Shown one piece after another: positions 49,275-61,018 of a stretch of DNA of 64,000 nt. The DNA is from an uncultured delta proteobacterium (GTDB taxonomy: Bacteria; Desulfobacterota; BSN033; UBA1163): contig CAVPSJ010000004.1 in assembly GCA_963708295.1 (NCBI GenBank), positions 576,001 through 640,000 of the forward strand. The letters run 5' to 3'. Position 1 is the stretch's first letter. The number at the start of each line of letters is the position of its first letter. Below the pieces are notes generated by a model. It ran no database searches, was not told the DNA's origin, and saw only the letters and a program-made list of their open reading frames with translations. Made by a program: the position numbers and the translations under genes.

Positions 49275-51002
49275 TCATTTTCTGATCAGAAGTCCTTTCG
49301 CGAATCGGGGGTCGACCTTTTCGCCCGGAGGGACTTTTCCATACTGCACTTGAAATAGGTCAAGACAGAAATCCTGAAAAGCGAGAAGATGTTGCCGCTT
49401 CAGCTCCTCGCCTTCGACCGAACGAAGCCAGTCTCGCAATCCGTTTTTGACCTCCACCTGGATCACCCCCTTTCCCTGGGTATCTCTATCAAAAACCCGA
49501 GAGAGAAAATCTTTCACCTGGGCCTGTCCGATCGCTTCAAATTGAAACCTTCCTTTGAGAATTTGGTTCGCCAGAGAGGTGAGAAAGATCGTAGACAGGG
49601 TCATCTCCCGCCAATCATCGGGATAGCAACCGCTCAAATCCATTTCCTTCAAATAAAGAGGAGAAACTTTCAATTCATCTCCCAGAAAAGTGATCACGGT
49701 CTTGATCCATTCCAAAAAATCATCCGCTTCCTTTAAATCCTGCGGATTCTTGAAATCCTCATAAACCCAATTTCGATAGAGGGTGGGCCTTCTTCTCAAA
49801 ATCCCCTCAAATTTTTCGAAGTGAGGAGGATCCAACAATACCAGATTCTCCTGTTCATTCGAAAACCATGGCCCCTTTAAAAGGGCCTCTGCCTTTCTTC
49901 TCAGGAGCAGGGTGGTGCTCACCCCGTATTGAAATAGCTTTTGCACGGGAAGCGATGGAAGGATCTCGAGGGCCCTGATTTCGTCATCCTTGCTCAAGTA
50001 TTGAAGGCCAAGATTGAGAGCGTGATAGACCTTTTTTACCACCCTCTCCATGGCGGCAATATTGGAAAGGTCTATTGCCTCTGCCACGATGGCCTTATTA
50101 CACAGAGCGGCTATTTCTTGCTTGAGTCTATGTTGCTGTTGAGAACCGTCGATTTTAGAAAGGATGGAGGAAAAAAAAGGGCCTTCCTCTTGATGGGCGA
50201 GATAGAAGATTGATGAGCTGCCTTTCGCCTTCTCTTCCTGAGCCGCGGGCTCAAGAGGCCTTCCTCCTGAAATGGGAGAATCCGGGTTGATAAAATGGTA
50301 GATTTCTAAAGACTCTTCAAAATCGGGGAATCCATAGTCGCTCAGGCGGCTGTTTCGCAAGCGGTATCCTGTCTCTTCAAGCTCTGATTCGAATTCCACA
50401 ATGAGAGAATCCATCAATCTCTGATAACTGTTTTTGTCCGCCCGGTAAAGAATTTGCAGAAAGGGTTCGAAAACCTCTCGGGTCCTTTGCCCTCTGAAAT
50501 GAACGAAGTGGTACTGATCTAAAGTAAAGAGAGCGATTCTGTCCATCTCTTCGACGTGTTCTCCGTCGATCGCGGTGGCATGAATGAACTTTTTCAGAAG
50601 AAGGGCAATGAACTCAATATCGGTAGATTGAATGAATTGGGTGACTTTCTTTTCGCCCGATTCAAGGAGAATCTCCATCCAGTGAAGGACCTTCTCCGGG
50701 TCTAATTGATCCCTTTTCCAGAAATCGAGGTCGAGAAGAAATTGGAATTGTTCGGAAGTGGTGAGTGAGATCAAATCGAGACAATCCTTCTCTCCCGCTT
50801 CCTTTACGGTTAGGAAGACTTCTAATTCGGGGAGTTCTTGAACCAGCTGTTCCGGATGTTCGGAAAGGAATAAATACTGAATTCGGTCTTTGCCATGAGC
50901 CTGCAGGACCATGTCGAGCTGTTTTTCTACGGAGAGAGAATTGAAGACCCTTTGGGCTTCCTTGGTGTCCTCGGGTAAAGTCGCAGGCAGGTCGCTAGTC
51001 AT
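49275..51002 (-). CDS. DUF6178-like hypothetical protein
   Basis: 575 aa; EQFQFLLDLDFW, RLSDYGFPDFEES pattern. Confidence 0.65.
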   Translation of the reverse strand: MTSDLPATLPEDTKEAQRVFNSLSVEKQLDMVLQAHGKDRIQYLFLSEHPEQLVQELPELEVFLTVKEAGEKDCLDLISLTTSEQFQFLLDLDFWKRDQLDPEKVLHWMEILLESGEKKVTQFIQSTDIEFIALLLKKFIHATAIDGEHVEEMDRIALFTLDQYHFVHFRGQRTREVFEPFLQILYRADKNSYQRLMDSLIVEFESELEETGYRLRNSRLSDYGFPDFEESLEIYHFINPDSPISGGRPLEPAAQEEKAKGSSSIFYLAHQEEGPFFSSILSKIDGSQQQHRLKQEIAALCNKAIVAEAIDLSNIAAMERVVKKVYHALNLGLQYLSKDDEIRALEILPSLPVQKLFQYGVSTTLLLRRKAEALLKGPWFSNEQENLVLLDPPHFEKFEGILRRRPTLYRNWVYEDFKNPQDLKEADDFLEWIKTVITFLGDELKVSPLYLKEMDLSGCYPDDWREMTLSTIFLTSLANQILKGRFQFEAIGQAQVKDFLSRVFDRDTQGKGVIQVEVKNGLRDWLRSVEGEELKRQHLLAFQDFCLDLFQVQYGKVPPGEKVDPRFAKGLLIRK

Positions 51003-51074
51003 CGCGGAATCCCCCTCCCTTTCCCTGTGCCCGCAAGCAGGCGCAGGGAAACGGGAGTGAGTGACGGGTCTTCG

Positions 51075-52691
<1,617 letters not shown>

Positions 52692-52761
52692 CTAACTCCT
52701 CCTTTCCAGACATTCATTCATTATCCGATATTCATTATCCCCCTATATTCATTATCCATCA

Positions 52762-53049
52762 TTATCCAATGATGGCGAGGATATCCTCCTCTTTCATCAT
52801 GAGATATTCTTCCCCATCCATCTTGATCTCAGTTCCTCCATATTTTGTAAAGAGGACCCGGTCACCTTTCTTGATTTCAAGGGGCGCCTTGGTTCCATCC
52901 TTCTTGATCCTCCCTGCTCCGACGGCGATCACCTTTCCTTCAATTGGTTTTTCCTTCGCCGTATCAGGGATAATGATTCCTCCTTTTGTTTTCTCTTCCT
53001 CCTCCAATCTCTGAACGATAATTCTGTCATGAAGCGGCCTCACCTTCAT
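52762..53049 (-). CDS. groS: Co-chaperonin GroES
   Basis: [29 protein letters not shown]. Confidence 0.98.
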   Translation of the reverse strand: MKVRPLHDRIIVQRLEEEEKTKGGIIIPDTAKEKPIEGKVIAVGAGRIKKDGTKAPLEIKKGDRVLFTKYGGTEIKMDGEEYLMMKEEDILAIIG

Positions 53050-53152
53050 AAGCACAAACCTCCCTTCTCTAAGGTGCTGAATAGATAATCATCGCACCTT
53101 CAATTGTCAAGTTTTGCATCTCTAATCAGGGAGTTATTAAGTTTTCCCAATT

Positions 53153-53330
53153 TGTCCGCTGCGGGCAGACGAAATCCTTTGTAGGGAACGCATATATGCG
53201 TTCCCTACTTTGTCAGACCATCAAATTTGTGAGATGGCTGGGTGGCGTCGCGACGAATAAGGAGCGACTCATTGCCACGTCCCCGAAGGGGGCCGGATAG
53301 CGCCGCAGATGCGCGTTTCTCAACAGCCTG
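53153..53330. repeat. REP palindrome plus partial copy of the 9819-10096 MITE family
   Basis: GTAGGGAACG-CATATATG-CGTTCCCTAC (53181-53208); GCGACGAATAAGGAG core; end TCTCAACAGCCTG. Confidence 0.65.
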
Positions 53331-53376
53331 CGCAAATGCTCTTGACTTTTTATATAGAATGGCCTTATGAAAAGCC

Positions 53377-54417
53377 ATGGAGTTTCAATGCCCTTACATC
53401 GCAACGGGAATTGGATCCTTTCCCCATCCGAACGAGAGGGAAGTCTCCCGTCTCATTTTTCAAAGCTTTCCCGAAATCCCATTCTGGCCCCAGTTGCCGA
53501 AGCGGTCTTTCCTGGAAGGGATGGTCGTTCAATACTCTCAGGGATTCCCTTCACTAAGATGGAACGAAAAGGAACAAAGGGTTTGGGTGGATACCTCTCA
53601 TGGATTCGACAAAGAAATCGAAAGATTCTACCAGCATCTCGAGGGGAGCGACCTCAATCCTTTTGAAATCACAGAAGATTTTGCAATAGGACTTCGGATC
53701 CTGGAGGACCTCGCCTCAAAGGACCACCGAAAAGAAATAAAGTATATCAAGGGCCAGGTTACGGGGCCTATCACTTTTGGTCTCGCTCTAGCCGATCTTG
53801 AAGGAAAATCCATATTTTACGACCCTACCTTGAGGGATGTCCTTATCAAACACCTCGCCTTGAAGGCCCGATGGATGGAAAAGAGGTACAACGACCTTTT
53901 CCCTGGAATCCCAACCATCATCTTTTTCGACGAGCCTTCTCTCTCTTCATTCGGCTCTGCCTTTTCAGGCCTAAATCGGGAGGACGTCGTTCACTCCTTA
54001 AACGGATGCTTTGAGGCTGTGAAGGGGTTAAGTGGCGTCCACTGCTGTGGAAATACGGACTGGAGCGTGCTTCTCTCGACGAACCTCAGTATTCTCAGCT
54101 TTGATGCCTACGGCTATCTGGAAACCCTTTCCCTTTACCCAAAGGAACTAAAGGCATTCTTGGAACGAGGAGGGATCCTGGCTTGGGGCATCGTCCCGAC
54201 GAGTGAAGCGATTCTGAAGGAGGATCCAAAAAGTTTGGTCAAACGGTTCAAAGAAGGAGTGGAGACTCTCCATAAGAAAGCGATTGATCCCGTCCTTCTT
54301 CAGAGGGCAATGATCACCCCAAGCTGCGGAACTGCGTCACTTCCTGTTCCCCTGGCTGAAAGAGTTTGTGAGCTAACCGCGGAAGTGTCGAAAAGGTTGA
54401 GGGACTTTTTGCGGTAG
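53377..54417 (+). CDS. Cobalamin-independent methionine synthase (MetE catalytic domain)-like protein
   Basis: TGIGSFPH, WPQLP, KGQVTGP, FDEP, GVHCCGN, ITPSCG. Confidence 0.85.
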   Translation: MEFQCPYIATGIGSFPHPNEREVSRLIFQSFPEIPFWPQLPKRSFLEGMVVQYSQGFPSLRWNEKEQRVWVDTSHGFDKEIERFYQHLEGSDLNPFEITEDFAIGLRILEDLASKDHRKEIKYIKGQVTGPITFGLALADLEGKSIFYDPTLRDVLIKHLALKARWMEKRYNDLFPGIPTIIFFDEPSLSSFGSAFSGLNREDVVHSLNGCFEAVKGLSGVHCCGNTDWSVLLSTNLSILSFDAYGYLETLSLYPKELKAFLERGGILAWGIVPTSEAILKEDPKSLVKRFKEGVETLHKKAIDPVLLQRAMITPSCGTASLPVPLAERVCELTAEVSKRLRDFLR

Positions 54418-54430
54418 ATTTATTTATAGA

Positions 54431-54660
54431 CAGGCTGTTGAAAAACGCCCATCTGCGGCGTTCCCCCTGCCTATTGGTTGACAGGCAGGTCCTTCGTCGT
54501 TGCAACGTACATCCAAGTACGTCTCTGGCCGACTCACCGACTCGTCGGCGTGGCAAGAAGTCACTCCTTACTCGTCGTGACGCCACTCTCAGGATTTCGG
54601 GCGCCTTGCATCCGGGCATTTTTGATCAGCCTGAGAAAAATTGAGTCTTTCAACAGGCTC
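54431..54660. mobile_element. MITE-like element of the same family as 9819-10096, reverse orientation
   Basis: Ends CAGGCTGTTGAAAAA / TTTCAACAGGCT; internal CTCCTTACTCGTCG and TTGCATCCGGGCATTTTTGATCAGCCTG. Confidence 0.7.
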
Positions 54661-54699
54661 TAAAGATTCGATGCTAATCATCTGATCCAAGTTTCTCTT

Positions 54700-55071
54700 T
54701 TATGCGATATTATCGATTTTTCCTTTCACAAAGCTGTGAATCTGCGAAAAGATCTCAAACGCCGCCTTGTCACCCGGTTCAATAATCTCAGCACCGATGA
54801 CATAATTTCCCATTGGCTCTTCCTGAATACAATATTTAATCTTTCCTTTGAAAGGAATTTCTTTTGTAAAGGATTCAGCCGTCGAGACCAGGCAATCGAC
54901 GGTTGAATCGAAAGGCAGCTCGTATCGACTTCTTATCCTGATTCCATAGGGGCTGAAATTAAAGAGTTCGGCGTCTACAAAGCTGCCAGAAACTCCCCTG
55001 ACTTTGAATGTAATATGCTTCCTGTATGAGTCAGGAAAAACAAGCCTTTCTCCCTTGCGTCTCTCTTTCAT
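54700..55071 (-). CDS. PilZ domain protein
   Basis: ERRKGER and NFSPYG (RxxxR ... D/NxSxxG). Confidence 0.75.
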   Translation of the reverse strand: MKERRKGERLVFPDSYRKHITFKVRGVSGSFVDAELFNFSPYGIRIRSRYELPFDSTVDCLVSTAESFTKEIPFKGKIKYCIQEEPMGNYVIGAEIIEPGDKAAFEIFSQIHSFVKGKIDNIA

Positions 55072-55430
55072 TTACCAGCCTTCTCTCATTGCACGACATC
55101 TCACAGGTTTGCCAGATCCTTTCAATAAGCTCGACGAGAAAAGCCCTCAGGCTCCTCCACAAGAAACAATTTTATACCGTTTGGAGGCATGCTCGGGTCC
55201 GCGGCGATGCGGACGGTTCCTCCCTCTCGTTTTGCCTGCCCCCTGAAGGGTGAGTTGTACCGTAGGCAGGCCTGCCACAGCTTCAGCGCAGGCGGGCCTG
55301 CCCACCGGAGCTTCAGTGTAGGTGGGAGTTTCGAACTTTAACCCCTGAGCCTTGAGCATTCTCTAAATTTCGGAATCCGCGCTCCCTGCCTACCGGCAGG
55401 CGGGTGCAATCCGCATTTGGATAAGCCAGC

Positions 55431-55529
55431 TTACTTGTTCTTCTTCTCCTTCTTCAGCTTTCTTTTCTCTTTGAGACTCAACTGCGGCGCCTTCTTGCCT
55501 TCCTTCAGCCCTTTGCTTTTCTCTTTCAT
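55431..55529 (-). CDS. 32-aa Lys-rich small protein (not in the ORF track)
   Basis: GGAGGAGG RBS; MKEKSKGLKEGKKAPQLSLKEKRKLKKEKKNK*. Confidence 0.6.
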   Translation of the reverse strand: MKEKSKGLKEGKKAPQLSLKEKRKLKKEKKNK

Positions 55530-55584
55530 AGTATCCTCCTCCGTTGGACCTTTCTTTATCTCACAACGTCCGCTCGCTCGAATT

Positions 55585-55703
55585 TAGCTCAACATTTTTA
55601 TGAAATCTGGGGCAGGAATGATCCAATCCAACAATCCCCGACAGCTCTCCTTTGAAAAGCAATGCGGATATCAGGACATTCGTATCCAACACCACCCGTA
55701 CTA
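55585..55703 (-). pseudogene. PIN toxin remnant with a large internal deletion
   Basis: VRVVLDTNVLISALLFKG runs directly into a C-terminal-like IIPAPDFIK. Confidence 0.7.
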
Positions 55704-55940
55704 TCTTTTTCGGCTTCTTGCCCACTGGATTGCCTCGCCCACCTCTTTTTCAGTCAGGCCGAGCTTTTTCATTTTTTCCCTAACACGGTCAAGGGAGGAT
55801 GGAACAGGAGTCATCTTCACCGGCGTCAAACGGATCGTATTATCCCTGATGGTGACATCAAAATACTCGGCATCGGGGAAGACTTTCACAATCTCCTTGG
55901 GTAAGGTAATCTGGTTTTTGGACGTCTTCTTGGCAAGCAT
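55701..55940 (-). CDS. AbrB/MazE-like antitoxin
   Basis: KTSKNQITLPKEI motif; upstream of the PIN remnant. Confidence 0.82.
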   Translation of the reverse strand: MLAKKTSKNQITLPKEIVKVFPDAEYFDVTIRDNTIRLTPVKMTPVPSSLDRVREKMKKLGLTEKEVGEAIQWARSRKR

Positions 55941-56297
55941 GATTCCTTACTTCCTTGTTGTAAGGATACATTACTATCTCTATCCTTGTCAAGGACTCCC
56001 CGGCTTCACTCCTCCAGTGGAGTCACTTTGCTACCCAGGCGAGATACACGTATTCATATAGCTTTGTCTCAATCCTGACATGAGCGACATAAAAGAGTTC
56101 ACAGGAGCCATTGCCTGTGTCGGTCCTGGACAAGCTGGTATTCCAGGCGACCCCCTGGCCTTTTTGGGGTCCCTTTTAAATTGACCAGGAACCCTTTTAG
56201 AAGGATCCGGTCTTTTTTCTTGATGGTTTTGATCGCACGGCGGGGACTTGACAATATTATGAATCTCTGATATTCTGTAAATCAGAGGTGATCGAGG

Positions 56298-56594
56298 ATG
56301 GAAACAGAGACGACGAAAATCGGCAAGCGCGGGACGATCGTCATTCCGGCTGGTCTCCGCCGTAAGTACGGGTTCGAAGAAGGGTCCCTCGTGGTCGCAG
56401 AAGCTCAGGAGCAGGGCATCCTCTTACGACCGGCAGTGATGCTGCCACTCGAAAGGTATACTCCTCAACGAAAGGCCGAATTTCTCCTGAATAATGCGGT
56501 CACGCGTGAAGACTATGCCTGGGCCCTTAAAGAGGTTAAGAAGTTAGGAATTGATCCAAAAACCATTCCTCATGACAAGCCAAAGAGTCGATGA
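56298..56594 (+). CDS. AbrB/MazE-like antitoxin
   Basis: KIGKRGTIVIPAGLRRKYG; ATGA-coupled to a PIN gene. Confidence 0.88.
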   Translation: METETTKIGKRGTIVIPAGLRRKYGFEEGSLVVAEAQEQGILLRPAVMLPLERYTPQRKAEFLLNNAVTREDYAWALKEVKKLGIDPKTIPHDKPKSR

Positions 56595-57016
56595 CCGTTG
56601 ACCGGATCTTTCTCGATGCGAACATCTTATTCTCAGTCGCCTATGGAAGCCCGGGTCTGAGCCTTTTGTGGCAATCTGTCCGACAAAAAAGATGCATGCT
56701 CTTTGCCTCCAATTTTGTGGTTGAGGAAGCAAAGCGCAACCTCTCTGATCCCGAACAGAAGAAAAGGCTGGAGGAATATCTATCCGAGGTGCGGATCGTA
56801 CCCGAAGCCGATCCCACGCTCCCCTGCCCTATTGAATTGCCGGAGAAAGATCGACCCGTGCTAATGGCTGCCGTATTAAATAAAGCGGATTATCTGCTGA
56901 CAGGCGACTCGACCCATTTTGGAAAATATTTCGGACAAACGGTCAACGGCGTAAAGATCTGCCGCCCTCGAGACTACCTTTCTAAACCCCTTCGTAAGAA
57001 GAAATTTGTGTCCTGA
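56591..57016 (+). CDS. PIN-domain toxin
   Basis: IFLDANILFS, EEAKRNL, KDRPVL, LLTGD..HF. Confidence 0.88.
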   Translation: MTVDRIFLDANILFSVAYGSPGLSLLWQSVRQKRCMLFASNFVVEEAKRNLSDPEQKKRLEEYLSEVRIVPEADPTLPCPIELPEKDRPVLMAAVLNKADYLLTGDSTHFGKYFGQTVNGVKICRPRDYLSKPLRKKKFVS

Positions 57017-57197
57017 TTTTTTGAATAATTAGTTTGTATCTATTTGTTCTTCAAAGCGAATAAAAGAGTGAGTCGGCCTCAATTACATTTTCTCTTTCCT
57101 AGATTTTCAAAATCGTGTACATTACAATTTAAAGTATGCACAGTGAGACAAGAAATTCTTCCTGGGAGGTCGCCCGTGACTGATATCCTGCTGATTC

Positions 57198-58718
57198 ATG
57201 GCTGTCGTCCTGCTGATCGCCGCTGTGGTTCTCCTACTCATGCTCTTAAGGAAGGCATCACAAGTCGATGTGCTTGCTTCCCGGCTTGATGCCTTCGAAA
57301 AGGCACAGGAACGTACCGAGCGTGCGGTCAGAGAGGAAGTGGCCCAGAGCAGAGACGAACTGGGCAAGGCAGCGAGAGAGCAGCGGCAAGAACTCACCGA
57401 AGCCTTCAAGATCTTCGGCGATTCCGTGGTACAACGAATGATGGATGTTGCCGGCATGCAGAAGGGGCAACTCGATGCCTTCTCCAGTCAGCTTGCCTCT
57501 TTTGCAAAGGCGAGCGGTGAGCGGCTGGATGGGGTCCGCGCCGAGTCTGCCACCGGAGCCAAACAGTTAAGGGAAGAGGTGATCGCAGCACTCAAGGGGA
57601 TCACGGAAGCCACCACCAGGACCATGGGCGAGTTGGCCAATGTCCAAAAGGCACAGCTTGAAGCCATGTCATCTGCGATTGGGAAGCTTTCGGATTCAAA
57701 TGAGAAGAAGCTGGAGGCGGTCAGGGTCACGGTGGAAGGCAAACTCCAAAGCATGCAGATCGACAACGCCAAACAGCTTGACCAAATGCGGCAGACCGTG
57801 GACGAGAAACTCCAGGGGACGCTGGAAAAGCGTCTGGGTGAATCCTTCAAACAAGTCAGCGAACGTCTGGAGCAGGTGCACAAGGGGCTTGGGGAGATGC
57901 AGACGCTTGCCACGGGCGTCGGTGACCTTAAGAAGGTACTCACGAACGTCAAGACGCGTGGGACGTGGGGTGAAGTGCAGCTTGGGGCGCTGTTGGAGCA
58001 GGTGCTCAATCCCGATCAGTTCGCCACCAACGTGGCCACGAAGGATGGCGGCGAGCGGGTCGAGTTTGCGATCAAGTTGCCGGGGCAAGGTGCGGACAAG
58101 GATGAGACCGTCTGGCTCCCGATTGATGCCAAGTTCCCTGTCGAAGACTATCAACGTCTGATCGAGGCTCAAGAGAGGGCCGATGTCGAAGGGGTGGAGG
58201 CGGCAGGAAAGCAGCTTGAGAACCGTGTCAAGGCCTGTGCAGGGGACATCTGCGGGAAGTATTTAAACCCGCCCAAGACCACGGACTTCGGCATCTTGTT
58301 CTTGCCCATAGAGGGCCTCTTTGCCGAAGTCATCCGCAGGACGGGTTTGACCGAGGTCATCCAACGGGAGTGCCGTGTGGTTATCGCCGGCCCGACGACA
58401 CTGTGGTCGATTTTGAGCAGCCTTCAGATGGGCTTCCGTACGCTGGCCATCCAGAAGCGTTCCAGCGAGGTCTGGAACCTCCTTGCGGCGGTCAAGACCG
58501 AATGGACGAAGTATGGCGATGTTCTGGACGCAGTGCAGAAGAAGCTGCATCAGGCATCGGACACAATCGAGAAGGCCAAGGCGAGGTCAAGAGCCGTCGG
58601 GAGGAAACTCAAGGACGTGCAAGAGCTTCCAGTCGGTGAGGCTACCGGCTTGCTGCCTCCCAATGTGATGGAAGATGATGCAGAGACTGCTGAGGACGAT
58701 AGTGTCGGAGGCGATTGA
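57198..58718 (+). CDS. rmuC: DNA recombination protein RmuC
   Basis: N-terminal TM and coiled coil; KTRGTWGEVQL, PIDAKFP, FLPIEGLFAE, LQMGFRTLAI. Confidence 0.95.
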   Translation: MAVVLLIAAVVLLLMLLRKASQVDVLASRLDAFEKAQERTERAVREEVAQSRDELGKAAREQRQELTEAFKIFGDSVVQRMMDVAGMQKGQLDAFSSQLASFAKASGERLDGVRAESATGAKQLREEVIAALKGITEATTRTMGELANVQKAQLEAMSSAIGKLSDSNEKKLEAVRVTVEGKLQSMQIDNAKQLDQMRQTVDEKLQGTLEKRLGESFKQVSERLEQVHKGLGEMQTLATGVGDLKKVLTNVKTRGTWGEVQLGALLEQVLNPDQFATNVATKDGGERVEFAIKLPGQGADKDETVWLPIDAKFPVEDYQRLIEAQERADVEGVEAAGKQLENRVKACAGDICGKYLNPPKTTDFGILFLPIEGLFAEVIRRTGLTEVIQRECRVVIAGPTTLWSILSSLQMGFRTLAIQKRSSEVWNLLAAVKTEWTKYGDVLDAVQKKLHQASDTIEKAKARSRAVGRKLKDVQELPVGEATGLLPPNVMEDDAETAEDDSVGGD

Positions 58719-58839
58719 TATTCTAATACTTTTCAAAGATGACCACCGGCTCCGCAACCCTTTCTCCACCCCTGCCTGAGGCAGCGGAGGCGGCTAAAAC
58801 CTATCGTTCAAACCAACCCGCGCGATATGGGTCTGCAGG

Positions 58840-59076
58840 TTACCTCACTGCCTCGTCCATAGACCCGAGCCTCTCCATGAATTCTATCATTCGGGGTTGC
58901 TTTAAAAGAATCGCAATTCGTCTATTTAACTCTGCATTCTCCGGATCGCCTGCCTCCCCTTTCGATTTCGCTCCCGTCTCAGACTTCTCATTGACGCACC
59001 AGGCGCGATCTCCCGGGATGGGTCCTTCAGCAAGATCCAAATCCTTCTCATACAGGACAGACTTCCTATCCATCAT
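58840..59076 (-). CDS. Small hypothetical protein
   Basis: AAGGAG RBS; 78 aa. Confidence 0.5.
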   Translation of the reverse strand: MMDRKSVLYEKDLDLAEGPIPGDRAWCVNEKSETGAKSKGEAGDPENAELNRRIAILLKQPRMIEFMERLGSMDEAVR

Positions 59077-59316
59077 GTTCTCCTTTTTGTCGGCACCCTT
59101 CGAACTTTCTATTTTTTGGCTTTCTATTTTTTGTCGAATTTGTTTGAGGCGCAGACCCGTAGCTGTACGCGTTAGCCTGAGGTGTCAATTCAAAGTCTCT
59201 CTCAGATTAAGTTTTGCTTGGGAAAAGTTGAGTGGAAACGACCGGAGACCTTAAACCTATCCCAGGTCGTTTCCTTCGCAACCTTCGAAAACATTCTTTT
59301 GAAGAACAAAAAGATC

Positions 59317-59406
59317 TTACCGTTTCTTCGCTTTCGCTCTAACGGTCTTCCGCCCTTTCTTTGTAGCTTTAGCCTTCTTTACCGGTTTCTTTGCACTCTT
59401 TTTCAT
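59317..59406 (-). CDS. 29-aa histone H1-like Lys/Ala-rich peptide (not in the ORF track)
   Basis: GAGGAGG RBS; MKKSAKKPVKKAKATKKGRKTVRAKAKKR*. Confidence 0.55.
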   Translation of the reverse strand: MKKSAKKPVKKAKATKKGRKTVRAKAKKR

Positions 59407-59949
59407 CCTGTTTCCTCCTCAACGGAAATTCTACTTTTTTCTTCAGTGATGCGGAAAAGCAAACATTATGCCAAATTATTGTCCGCTCACTTGAGCTCGA
59501 GGGAGCCATGTCCGGCCTGGATCCGGCTTTTTAAAAACTCGTGCAATGTTAGGAAGTTGTAGGATTTTGGCTGGTGAATTGACGAAGAAAGTGCTTCTAA
59601 GACCTATTGTACGGTCTCATTAGAGTCTCAGGTACACTGGCTTAATTCTATCCAGCCTGCCGGGTTGTGTATCCTTTGGAGAAACGCGCAGGGGAAAAGT
59701 GACTGGCGTATCCTCTCCTCTGCATGAACATTCGGCTTGTCGTTTCCATAAAAAGAGAGGGGCTGCTGAATGTTGCGACTCCGGTTGCTTTCTCTGAATC
59801 TATAATGGGTTCGATACGGAGATTGACAGGGGGGCGAACCTACGATAGCCTTAACTGAGGAGGCTTGGCTGCTTGTCGCCCCGAAACAGGTTCCCCGAGG
59901 ATTGCATAGGAGCGGTTCAATCTTGCCACTCCGGAAGGAGAGGTATCTC

Positions 59950-60968
59950 ATGAGAAGAAATCTTCTGGTCATCTTCACAATCTTTTTCGCCCTGATGGGC
60001 CCGGCATACGGAGAGCAATCTGCGGAAGACATCCTGAAAGCGATTGTCAGGATAAAATCGGTTGTTCCCGAAAGCGCGTTCACCGCCCGCACGCTCGGGA
60101 CCGAACGGGAAGGAAATGGTGTGGTCATCGATTCGAAGGGGCATATCCTGACGATCGGCTATCTCATCGTCGAAGCCGAGACTTTGGAGGTCACGACCGG
60201 AGAAGGAAAAACGATCAGCGCCTCTTTTGTCGGCTACGACCATGACACGGGTTTTGGTCTCCTGAAGGCAAACAAGCCTCTTGGCATAACGCCGATGAAA
60301 CTGGGGAAGTCCTCAGAGGTAAAACAGGAGATCCCATTCTGATGGCGGGCCATGGTGGAACGGAATCCGTTCAGGCGGGCCGGGTCATCGCCCGCAAAGA
60401 ATTCGCAGGCTACTGGGAGTATCTTCTTGAGGACGCGATCTATACGGCGCCCGCTCATACAGGCTTTGGAGGGGCGGCGCTGATCGCCCCGGACGGAAAG
60501 CTCGTGGGAATCGGATCTCTCCTCACTCAGGTCGTCATTCCGGGATTCGGCTCTATTGCCTGTAACATTTCGGTCCCCATCGACCTTCTCCATCCGATTC
60601 TGGCAGACCTGATCGCCAAGGGACGAACGAGTGCAGCTCCCCGGCCCTGGCTGGGTCTCAATGTCGAAGAGGCCCACGGTCGCGTCTTCGTCGTCCGTGT
60701 CACCGCAGGGGGTCCTGCGGAGAAAGCCGAGTTGGAGGCGGGAGATATGGTTCTGACCGTGAAAGGAGAGGAGGTGAAAGGCCTCGCTGACTTTTACCGC
60801 AAGGTATGGGCCCTTGGCCATGCAGGAGTCGAGGTCCCCCTCGGTATTCTGAGAGGAACCAGGATCCGTGATATCCCCGTGAAGTCTATCGATCGCAATC
60901 AGCTGCTACGGCAGAAGCTTACGAAGAACTTATGGGATGCCCCGGGCGTTCTCCCTAACGCCCCGTAA
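59950..60968 (+). pseudogene. S1C (HtrA-like) protease-fold protein with PDZ domain, split by a 1-nt frameshift near 60327
   Basis: Signal peptide, GNGVVID..ILTIGYL, EFAGYWEYLL, RPWLGL, GPAEKA; adding one G gives VKQGDPILMAG. Confidence 0.75.
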
Positions 60969-61018
60969 CAAGTTAGGTCCGACTGGGATCAAGATCAATT
61001 TCAATCATAACGCGAACG

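Noticed and set aside
53056-53150. CIRCE element upstream of groES
   Set aside because: No TTAGCACTC-N9-GAGTGCTAA; only an unrelated AAGGTGC..GCACCTT inverted repeat that does not cover the RBS.
59420-59940. Possible ncRNA or riboswitch in the long intergenic region
   Set aside because: No recognisable conserved motif, tRNA or convincing long-range pairing by eye.
60340-60342. TGA between the two halves of the protease-like gene as a Sec codon
   Set aside because: The downstream ORF is in a different frame; this is a 1-nt frameshift and no Cys is expected there.
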